Shown here: positions 12,509 through 21,097 of the stretch, piece after piece
How the letters are laid out: each line of letters opens with the position of its first letter
How positions within the stretch are numbered: position 1 is the stretch's first letter
From: Porphyridium purpureum
Lineage: Eukaryota
Direction of reading: 5' to 3'
Assembly (NCBI GenBank): GCA_008690995.1
Contig: VRMN01000004.1
Location: 1,426,001 to 1,490,000, forward strand
DNA length: 64,000 nucleotides
Notes under the pieces: model-generated
Seen by the model: the letters and a program-made list of their open reading frames with translations, nothing else
Database searches by the model: none
Told to the model about the DNA's origin: nothing
Translations under genes and position numbers: made by a program

Positions 12509-12832
12509 ATGAGCTCGAGCGAACTGGCGTGTGCGTACGCCACGGTGATCCTGCAGGATGACGGGCTGACGGTGTCGGCGGACAATATTCAGAAGCTTAT
12601 CGCCGCGGCGGGCGTCTCGGTCGAGGCCTTCTACCCGGGCCTCTTCGCAAAGTACCCCGTCGAGCTGAGCTCCCTCGTGGGCATGACGATTGGTTCCGGC
12701 GGAGGAGCGGCCGCCGGAGGCGCTGCAGCGGCTGCTGGACCGGCAGACGCCCCCGCGGCGGCGGTCGAGGCGCCCCCGGCGGCTGTGGAAGAAGAAGAGG
12801 AGGAAGCAGCGGACTTTGATCTGTTTGATTAG
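12509..12832 (+). CDS. RPLP1: 60S acidic ribosomal protein P1
   Basis: MSSSELACAYATVILQDD, Ala/Gly hinge, acidic tail EEEEEEAADFDLFD. Confidence 0.96.
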   Translation: MSSSELACAYATVILQDDGLTVSADNIQKLIAAAGVSVEAFYPGLFAKYPVELSSLVGMTIGSGGGAAAGGAAAAAGPADAPAAAVEAPPAAVEEEEEEAADFDLFD

Positions 12833-13114
12833 AATCGTAGGAAGCAGCGGACTATGTGCAAGCCTGCGAAACTCACTGAAGGGGGCGAAGTTCAGCCTCT
12901 TTTGTACAAATGGAATAAAGCAAACGGCAGAAGTTTTGACCAGCCATAGCCACACTGGTGTTTCTCAGCAAACGAGTCTGTTTTAGGTGTGCTTTTTTTT
13001 TTTTTTTTGTTTTATTTTGTGAATGTAGCTACCTGAGCGGAACTTGCACGCCCCAGAAGACGCGGGATGAAAAGCATGTAGCCTCCACGCGCTGCTCTGC
13101 CACGCCAAATCACG

Positions 13115-13909
13115 TCACACTCGCTCACTCACAAAAATGGCAGCATGGCAGCCCTGTTTGATGATGTTTGATATGAAATCATACGCTGGCGCCTTCTGAG
13201 CATCATGCTCTATTCCTATATCATGATGATCCATTTCGTCGTCGCGGAACTTGCGAAGTTTCTCGCGAAGCGGCTGCTCGTGCTCCCACCCTGGCTGCAG
13301 CAGTTCGCGAACCTGATCATTGTAGTGCTTGCTTATGACATCTTCAACTGCGACTGTGCAAGCCATTGCAGCTTCCTTGCCCATGAGAGCCGAACCAAAG
13401 CCCAGGGCAAAGCCAGCAATGTTCCACAGCGGAAGCATGACGGTTGGTCTCACGCGGCGCTCCACAACCAGTTTCTCAAACTCTTGCAGGTGCTCGAGTT
13501 CATGCTGGGCCATTTCCCGGATCATGCCTCCCACAGAGCTGTTCCCGAGGACGGCCAACTGTCCAGCATATATTTGCCTGGCACCCAGCTCCCCGGCATG
13601 ATTCACTCTCAGCATCCGTTCAATGACCTTGCGCTGCTCTTCCTTGGCAAGTTGCTCAGATGAGGCCGCGCGCGGGGATGCGCCGCTGCCCTGCTTTACG
13701 TCTTGCATGCTATCCGGGTCTTCGTCAGTCCCATTTGCGCTCCTCGAACGCTCAGATTCTTCTTCCTGCTCAATGCCACGGTGAACCATTCTCACCGTGT
13801 TTCCTGCAGTCTGAGACCCACAAGAGAATACTCCCATGTGCGATGGCAGAGGCCCCCGCATCCTCGCGGCGGAGACCGCAAGGAGCCGTCGTCGCGCGTA
13901 ACCAAGCAT
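13115..13909 (-). CDS. COQ7: 5-demethoxyubiquinone hydroxylase, mitochondrial
   Basis: MLRVNHAGELGARQIYAGQ, ACTVAVEDVISKHYNDQ, FRDDEMDHHD di-iron motifs; Arg-rich presequence. Confidence 0.95.
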   Translation of the reverse strand: MLGYARRRLLAVSAARMRGPLPSHMGVFSCGSQTAGNTVRMVHRGIEQEEESERSRSANGTDEDPDSMQDVKQGSGASPRAASSEQLAKEEQRKVIERMLRVNHAGELGARQIYAGQLAVLGNSSVGGMIREMAQHELEHLQEFEKLVVERRVRPTVMLPLWNIAGFALGFGSALMGKEAAMACTVAVEDVISKHYNDQVRELLQPGWEHEQPLREKLRKFRDDEMDHHDIGIEHDAQKAPAYDFISNIIKQGCHAAIFVSERV

Positions 13910-14126
13910 TGCGCATCACCAGAGTCACTTGAACGGGTAATTTCAAACACGTTCACGTCCACTCAAACGTTCACGTGCGTCCCAACCCAGTCATGTTCCA
14001 CCCCGCCCGACATTTGCGGGCTTGGGTGAAATTTGTTCGCAGTGGCATCGCCGCGCTCGTGCCCGACTTTAGTAAGGGATTCGTCGCCAGCGAGGGAAGT
14101 GGCGAGTGGCGGATGCATTGGTAAGT

Positions 14127-14708
14127 ATGTCGACAGCAAAAGATACTTCGTTGCGGCACCTTTTCTCGTTTGCACGCCCTGCATCCGCGCTTGGATCTGA
14201 CGAGCCGACGCCACTCTTTCCACTATTATCATCGACTCAGGAGCCAAACGAAAAGGCGGACTTCAGCCTACAGCTAGTGGCCGCAGAAAAGCAAGACGAA
14301 AACCGACAGCAGACTCAAGCTACAGAACGCGCCGCCGATCCACAGCCACCCAAGCCCGAAACAGAAGATGCACGCGCTCAAGTGCGTTCAACTCGCGCGG
14401 ATGAAAGAAAGCGGAAGCGAGGTAAGAAAGCGGCTGCAGGTCGCTCAGACACCTATGGTGATGCAGTCCCTGAGAATTCTGTGCTGCCACATAGCACGAG
14501 TCATGTTCTTCCAAAACGGAGAATAGTGGATGAAGCGCTGGTCTATGCGCAGGCTCACTCCTTTGTGGCATCCAACGATGTGCAATGGGATTTGGAGGGC
14601 GAGCATGCGTGGGACGAATGGCGAGCGACATGGAAGCGCGATCTCAAGCAGCGACGCAAAGAAAAACTGCGCGGACGCAGAATTGGTGATGCGGTCAAGT
14701 CCAAATGA
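14127..14708 (+). CDS. Hypothetical protein with charged C-terminus, probably nuclear or nucleolar
   Basis: ORF fills the gap between COQ7 and DBP9. It has RKRKRGKK (NLS-like) and W..WRATWKRDLKQRRKEKLR, weakly reminiscent of the NOL8 C-terminus. Confidence 0.55.
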   Translation: MSTAKDTSLRHLFSFARPASALGSDEPTPLFPLLSSTQEPNEKADFSLQLVAAEKQDENRQQTQATERAADPQPPKPETEDARAQVRSTRADERKRKRGKKAAAGRSDTYGDAVPENSVLPHSTSHVLPKRRIVDEALVYAQAHSFVASNDVQWDLEGEHAWDEWRATWKRDLKQRRKEKLRGRRIGDAVKSK

Positions 14709-14719
14709 TTTTACAGATG

Positions 14720-16789
14720 TCACAACGCAAAGCTTTTCAAAGGATCTCTGTCGCCACGACGGCCGCCGGCTCGGGACTCACCGCGCCCACGCGCCCTACC
14801 CTGAACACTCTTTTCAACACCTCCTGTTGGGTTTGCACCATTTCCCCTGCGGCGTTTAGCATCGCGCATGACGCGGCTTCGGTGCTTCGATGCATTGCGA
14901 TTCCGGCTCATCCCGGATACGCGCGTGGCCACGTCCGCACGAAGAGCAGGCGGCAAGAGGTAATTCGGGACATGCGCGAGGTGGGCAGGTCGGTTCACTT
15001 CTAGCGCACGATCATGTCTCAGAGCTGCGAGGTCATCTGGATTCTCCTCAAAGTAAGCCTTGAGCTTCACCGAATTCAGCAGCTCACGCTTGACTTCTTG
15101 CAACCGCGCATCACGGATTTTTTGCTTCGTCACACTGCGCAAGCAGTCTTCGACGCGGTATCGAAACGCTTCAATTTGCGCGCTCTGCAGAAGTAGTGAG
15201 TTGATGTGCACTTTGGCCTCTGCTGCAAGCTCAGTGATTCGGTCTTGTTCGTCATGGTTCGCGGCGAGCGAGAGAACTGTCCCGGAACGACCTGCGCGCG
15301 CAGTTCGACCGGCACGGTGTGTGTAGGCTTTCCCGTCGCGCGGCAAGTCAAAATTTAGCACGTAACTGACATTTCGAAAATCCAAGCCGCGTACGGCGCC
15401 AAAGTCAGCGTCTCGTGCAGCGTTCGCTTTCTTGCTCTTCGACTTCCCCCTTTTGTCCTTTCTTTCTCCGACGCTCTCGGCAGATGCTCCCTCTGCGATC
15501 TCATCCGCGATCAAGAGGATATCGAAAACGCTGGCATTGAAACCTTCGATGCAGTGTAGTCTGGAGTTCGCCGGTAGTTCTGAGTTGAGCACGGCTGAGC
15601 TGATTGAAAATCGATCCAGGAACAGTTTGAGCTTGAACGCTGCGTCAATGCCGTTCACAAACACCAGGATCTTCCCCGTCAGGACGCCGAGTCGGAGCAT
15701 CGCGTAGGTGACCAGAAACTTGTCATCTACTCTTTGCAATCCTACAAAGTAGTGCAAGCAGGAAGCAGCGAGGGCGCTTTGTTGCTGGGCTTCTGAGTCA
15801 GCAGCCGAGCCCGACCCCGTTTCTGCTTCGATGCGAACGGCCAGTGGTCGCCGTAGCACAATAGTTCGCAGAGCCTCGACGTCTTCATCCAGCGTCGCGC
15901 TCACGAGCATGGCTTGCGCTGATGTGGGTACCATGCTCAGCGCAGCGGTCGTGTCCTGCCCGAAACCATAACTTAGCACCAGGTCGGCTTCGTCAACGAC
16001 AACAAACTCGACACCAGAAAAAAGTGAGCCTCCGTTCTGCACCGAGCTTGCAAGTGCAAGAATTGCAGCGGGCGTGCCTACCAGAATATCTGCAACGCGC
16101 ACGCCTTCTTCTACAGCCTCCGTCCCATTAATTTCTGCACTGGCGACGCGTCGTAAACTTCGCTTCTTGCTCTTGGACGACTTATTATCGGCCGCCTTCA
16201 CGTTTGAAACAGTCAGCCCACCCACACTCCTGGTCAGCGCTTTTAGTACGCGCGTGACCTGCGCGGCCAAGTCGCGCGTCGGGACAAGCACGAGTGCGTG
16301 CACGGCAGCAGCGGTTCCTCGACCCGCATCGCTTTTCTCGTCTGCATTCTTCAGCAAAATGTCCACAAGCGGGATGGCGTACGCAGCCGTTTTCCCAGAG
16401 CCAGTCGGAGCCGCGACCAGCACATCGCGTCCTGCGAGAGCGGCGGGTATGGCGTGCGCCTGCACATCTGTGGGAGTCTCGAATCCAAGCACACGAATGC
16501 CGCGCTGCACGCGCGCGTCCAGAAGCATGGCATTGAACTGGTGCACGGCCTCTGGCGCCGCTGCTACTGCTGCTGCTGGCGCTGCCGCCACCGCCGCCGC
16601 CGTCTGTGCCATCGTCATCGATGTGCGCCGTGGCGTGCTTTCTTGCTGCGTGGCCACGCCGTCGTTGTCCAAAAAAGCGCATGCGGCCGGAAGAAACCCT
16701 AACGACTCCTTTATTGCGCTTTGCGGCTGGACCGCTTTACGAGCTGCGAACAAATGCGCGCTCTGGTGCCATAGGTGTCGAGGCAACAT
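14720..16789 (-). CDS. DBP9: DEAD-box RNA helicase DBP9/DDX56 (true start may be the ATG at 16618)
   Basis: Q motif GFETPTDVQ, APTGSGKT, VPTRDL, DEAD, SAT, RGLD, HRAGRTAR; DBP9-specific IEAFRYRVED, LKAYFEENPDDL..LRHD, HVPNYLLP. Confidence 0.93.
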   Translation of the reverse strand: MLPRHLWHQSAHLFAARKAVQPQSAIKESLGFLPAACAFLDNDGVATQQESTPRRTSMTMAQTAAAVAAAPAAAVAAAPEAVHQFNAMLLDARVQRGIRVLGFETPTDVQAHAIPAALAGRDVLVAAPTGSGKTAAYAIPLVDILLKNADEKSDAGRGTAAAVHALVLVPTRDLAAQVTRVLKALTRSVGGLTVSNVKAADNKSSKSKKRSLRRVASAEINGTEAVEEGVRVADILVGTPAAILALASSVQNGGSLFSGVEFVVVDEADLVLSYGFGQDTTAALSMVPTSAQAMLVSATLDEDVEALRTIVLRRPLAVRIEAETGSGSAADSEAQQQSALAASCLHYFVGLQRVDDKFLVTYAMLRLGVLTGKILVFVNGIDAAFKLKLFLDRFSISSAVLNSELPANSRLHCIEGFNASVFDILLIADEIAEGASAESVGERKDKRGKSKSKKANAARDADFGAVRGLDFRNVSYVLNFDLPRDGKAYTHRAGRTARAGRSGTVLSLAANHDEQDRITELAAEAKVHINSLLLQSAQIEAFRYRVEDCLRSVTKQKIRDARLQEVKRELLNSVKLKAYFEENPDDLAALRHDRALEVNRPAHLAHVPNYLLPPALRADVATRVSGMSRNRNASKHRSRVMRDAKRRRGNGANPTGGVEKSVQGRARGRGESRAGGRRGDRDPLKSFAL

Positions 16790-16864
16790 CTTCTGGTTCT
16801 TGGCCCTCGACGGCGCGTTCTTCGGTTTCGACGCACAGCGCCTCGCGGCATTTTAATGAATTGA

Positions 16865-17734
16865 TCAGCCCTGGCCGGCTGCCTTGAGCTGGCGCTTGTA
16901 GTCACGAATGAGATTACCCAATCGCAGGCTCATGTCGGACGCGCTCACATTCTTGCCGTAGAACTCTAGAAATTCGCCCGTCGGGTCGACTATGTAGGAT
17001 ATGATACTGTGGTCAACCAGGTAGTCGTCGCCTAGAGTCTGATCCTTCGAAAAATAGACGCGGAATTTCTTCGCAACAGCAGTGCACTCTTCCAGACTGC
17101 CGGTCAGACCAACGAACTTGGGGTGGAAGTCTTTCAAGTATTCCTTGATGCGTTCGGGCGTGTCCCTCTCTGGATCGATCGAAATGAATACCGGCTGCAC
17201 AAACTCCTTCAGAGAGCCCAGGCACTCGATTGCCGCGGAGATTTTGTCTAGCTCGTCAGGGCAGATGTCCGGGCAAAAAGTGAAGCCAAAATAAATCAGC
17301 ATAAACTTGTTCCGGAAATCAGTGTCAGACACCTTGTTCCCGTCCGTGTCGACAAGAGTGAACGGGCCGCCGATCTTGGCTTTTCCGGATACCGTCTTTG
17401 TCTGCGACTCGCGGAGTTGTTCCAGCTTGCGCTGCTTTTGATACGAGTAGTAACCCAGCACGCCGCACCCCAGCGCCGAGATGACTCCCAGCGTTTTCCA
17501 GTCCACCATCCCTGCGCGGAATCGGTTCCACAGCGTGGGCGCTGTGGTCCCGGCATCACGCTTGGATGGCGTTCGTGGAGGCGGAGATGCAGAATTCGGC
17601 GGCGGGTTCTGCTGTTGCTGCTGGCTCGTGCAAAATGATCGCCGCCGCAATGACCGACGCTGATCCGCGCTGAGTGGTGGCTTGGTCCCTGCCAGGCGCC
17701 GTATCGAGGCCGTGACTTTTCGCAAGCGCTCCAT
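16865..17734 (-). CDS. SCO1: Cytochrome c oxidase copper chaperone SCO1/SCO2
   Basis: Presequence, transmembrane segment, IGGPFTLVD, FGFTFCPDICPDEL (CxxxC), YLVDHS. Confidence 0.95.
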   Translation of the reverse strand: MERLRKVTASIRRLAGTKPPLSADQRRSLRRRSFCTSQQQQQNPPPNSASPPPRTPSKRDAGTTAPTLWNRFRAGMVDWKTLGVISALGCGVLGYYSYQKQRKLEQLRESQTKTVSGKAKIGGPFTLVDTDGNKVSDTDFRNKFMLIYFGFTFCPDICPDELDKISAAIECLGSLKEFVQPVFISIDPERDTPERIKEYLKDFHPKFVGLTGSLEECTAVAKKFRVYFSKDQTLGDDYLVDHSIISYIVDPTGEFLEFYGKNVSASDMSLRLGNLIRDYKRQLKAAGQG

Positions 17735-18043
17735 TGTAGATGTTTCACCGCAAACCTTCCTCCTCGCAACGTCGTCTCCTCTCCTGCGAAGAACATACAA
17801 CATGGAAGCCAAACACCGGGAATAGAGGGTAAATCGCGGCGGAACACCGTGCTCCTCGTTGGTGACACAAGATAGGCAGTTAATTGGTGACAATGCGATG
17901 ACGTGTTGTTGAGCTCTTATTTACTTCGAACTTGGCTCTCTCTCTCTCTCTTTTTCGCACGGGACACTTCATGTTGCATTCAACGAAAAGAAACAAAAAA
18001 GAGAACGCGGACAGGTTTTCTAGACTTCGACACTCTTCCAAAG

Positions 18044-19852
18044 CTACGCACGCACAGTCCGAGCGGACGCACGCTGGTCCTCAATGGCACGCAGCGCTCT
18101 GGCGCGCAGCACAGCTTTCATTACGATGCTGCGGATGCCTTGAACTGGTAACTCGTCCAACACATTCTTCACAACGCCTTTAGCGCCTTGCGTGTTGTAC
18201 AGTATGCTGAGAGTGCTCCCGATGCGGCGCAGTGCATTAGTCTCCTCCGGGCGGTGCACAATGGGATCCGCGTTCCACGGATCAAACTCAACGATAAAGT
18301 CCGAATAGTGCGCGCGGAAGAATCGCGCCCCTGGCTGACGATTGAGCATGCACGCGGTGAACGAGAACGAACTGTTGCTGATGGCCAGCACGTCACACTG
18401 GGACAAAATGTACCAGTCTGGGAAAAACCCAGCTCCGAGAGATGCGCGCGACTCTGGAAGTTTTGCGTTGAGCATTTCTGACGTTATCGGGTTGTACGCC
18501 GCAAAGTCACGCAGAACGGTGTCGACTTCGTCAGATGCCACAAACAGGACCGGGTTCTCGAGCGTGGGCCAAATTTCCGCGAGCCATTCAAGGTACCAAC
18601 TTGTCGGGGCACAGTATCCGAACGAACTGGCAGAAATATTCTTATAATCACCAAGGCGCAAGTGAAGCCCCACGAGGGTGGTTTTGCCGCTCTTCGCCGT
18701 TCGCAGACCGGACGAAATAATCTGATCAAAGTGCTCGCGAACATCTGCCGCTGGTGTGAAGGTGTCCATGATCAGCTGCTTGTGCGGCGCGTACACGCTG
18801 CTGTGCCACTGGAACCAACCCCACACATCAACATTCGCGAGCTGGACGTCGGGCTTCGACGTGTCAAGCACGTCGTCGAAAACCTCTTCCACGTTCTGTC
18901 CGGCGTTACTTGCCTGGATGTACTCCATAAACTCATCGGTGAAGGTAGAGTTGGCCTTGCGCGTGCGGTCCTCAATCACAGAAGGTAAGCGCCTCACCAC
19001 GCGCGAGTTGTCGAGCTCGAACAAGTCAGTTCCGACCCAGTACGGCACCTGAATCTGCGCACCTGACTTTTCGGCGGCACAGCGAAGGAACGCGTACTGC
19101 AAGATCTGGTTTCCCCAGCGGCCGAGCTCTCCAAACCCGGTCATCGTAAGCACATTTGGCCCGTCGTACGGAGCGTACGGCTCGATGTCCGGCTGCTCAA
19201 CGTCGGCAACTGAACCCAGCTGGAAAATGCGGCTCAGTGCGATTTCCGTCTCCGCTTTGTACTTCTTCGATGCTCCCTTGGCCTCAGCAGAAGGGGGCCT
19301 CGGTGGTAGCACCGCCACCTCGGAAGACTCTGCAGAGCTCAGAACGGGTACTACCGCGGCTTGCGAGAGGCGGGCGCTCACACGGCGCGTCTGCTTGGAG
19401 CTCTTCTTCCCCACCTTGAATGAGGCGAGCGTGCCAGGAACCATAAACTCGTTCATGGCAGCATCGCCACTGCTGCTGCTGTCCTCGCTGTCCGGCACGC
19501 ACGCCGCCTCCGATTCGCTGCTTGACAGCTCCATCTTGGAGGTCGCCGTGAGCGCGCTGTGGCTCAGCGGCTGCTTCTTACCCGAGGCAGTCGCCAGCTC
19601 GTAAAACATGAGCACGGTGCGCAGGCCCGCCTCACCAAGCCTCTGCTCGACTTCAAAGTCCGTGGCTCCGTCCTCGAGCCCGGCATTCTCAAACACCATG
19701 TCGATCATGCGAAGATAGTCTTCTTGTGCCGGCATGGCCGGCGCGCCGGGCTTCCCCGGCGCCTTCCCTGCTGCCTTCTGCCTCTTCGCGGCAGGACCGC
19801 TTGTCGAGCTAAACTGCTCGCAGAAGGCTACGCCACTCATCACGCGCTTCAT
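18044..19852 (-). CDS. Glycosyltransferase family 11-like (alpha-1,2-fucosyltransferase-like) protein
   Basis: GRWGNQILQYAF, VGLHLRLGDY, LFVASDE and DWYILSQCDVLAISNSSFS match GT11 motifs; long low-complexity N-terminus. Confidence 0.8.
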   Translation of the reverse strand: MKRVMSGVAFCEQFSSTSGPAAKRQKAAGKAPGKPGAPAMPAQEDYLRMIDMVFENAGLEDGATDFEVEQRLGEAGLRTVLMFYELATASGKKQPLSHSALTATSKMELSSSESEAACVPDSEDSSSSGDAAMNEFMVPGTLASFKVGKKSSKQTRRVSARLSQAAVVPVLSSAESSEVAVLPPRPPSAEAKGASKKYKAETEIALSRIFQLGSVADVEQPDIEPYAPYDGPNVLTMTGFGELGRWGNQILQYAFLRCAAEKSGAQIQVPYWVGTDLFELDNSRVVRRLPSVIEDRTRKANSTFTDEFMEYIQASNAGQNVEEVFDDVLDTSKPDVQLANVDVWGWFQWHSSVYAPHKQLIMDTFTPAADVREHFDQIISSGLRTAKSGKTTLVGLHLRLGDYKNISASSFGYCAPTSWYLEWLAEIWPTLENPVLFVASDEVDTVLRDFAAYNPITSEMLNAKLPESRASLGAGFFPDWYILSQCDVLAISNSSFSFTACMLNRQPGARFFRAHYSDFIVEFDPWNADPIVHRPEETNALRRIGSTLSILYNTQGAKGVVKNVLDELPVQGIRSIVMKAVLRARALRAIEDQRASARTVRA

Positions 19853-21097
19853 GATGGCAATTTCCGTTCTCCGGGGGGTACTGCACTCTCTCGTCGCCTC
19901 CCGCTGGTCACGTACGCGTCGCTCCTTTCGAATTCTTCTCTTTGCTTGCCTGTCTCTTAGAAAGACAACCACGACCCGTGCCTGCGTTCAGCAGTGCGTA
20001 CCTCCGTGAACTTCGCTTTGTCTGAAACTAATCATTCTCGGCTCCTTGCCTCACACTTGATCCCTGCCCTCTTCTTATCGAGCACGCCTTGCCCGACCTC
20101 TATCTTTCCTGGCACACCACTACGTCGCTCGCACTTGCTTTATACCCGTCTGTTCACTTCTTCCACTCTCGTCTCAACCGTCACAGCGCGCACACAGTTA
20201 TACTGCTCCACCACCTTGTGTGTCCTCAACTTGGTAACACCATTGTCGGAACAAACCATTCATCATCCACCAAGCGTCAAGCGCCCCTCCCAAAGCATGT
20301 GCTGGCGATACACACGCGCGCAACTCGCATGCCGCAAAGCGCATCGCCATTTCTCCTTCTGCGCTGCTCACTTTCCATGTGGGAGAGAGAAAAAGAAAAA
20401 CCGAAGCAACGAGAAGAACGAAAAAGGCGGAGCGAGCGAACGAGCGCACGAGCAAACCACGCGCGCCATCATAAAACCGGGGCGTTTGTGTAGACAGCGC
20501 GACGCGCCCAATCAAAAAATCGCACCAAGCGCACCACAAGCGGTGCACTCCAAAAAGCCGGCCGCGCAATATCAGAAAAACCGGGTGTTTGTGTGGGGAG
20601 CCGGCGGCTGCGGATGCGCATCGAATCCGTCCGAATATGCGATGACCACCACACAATCGAGCGAGCCGAGCCAGCCAGCACCACAAGTTGCGCACGGTCC
20701 ATCGGTTGCGAGTCGAAGCGGCGTAGTAAAATGATAGGCGCGTGCGTTGCCGCGTGCATGCACAGCAAGTGGAGAATGCACGCGAGCGGGCGGAGTGGAA
20801 CGTGGGACGGCACGCGCGCAAGCGAGCGAGCGGGTTGCGTGTGTCGTGCTGGAACGGCGCGGGCGCTCGGGTTTGGTGTCGCACCCACGCGCGGGTGTAC
20901 AGTGAAAGATTGCGGCGCAGGGGAAGTACAGCGTTGACCAGGTAGTGGACTGTACGTTTGGGTACAGTGGGTGAGGGGGGTGTGAGGGGTTTGGTGTGCG
21001 CGGATGGTGGTGGCGGTGGTGGTGGTGGCTGCGCGCGGAGGCAGGGAGTCAGCCCGAGCGAGCGGGAGGGCGCGGGGCGAGAGAGAAGGGGGCATAC

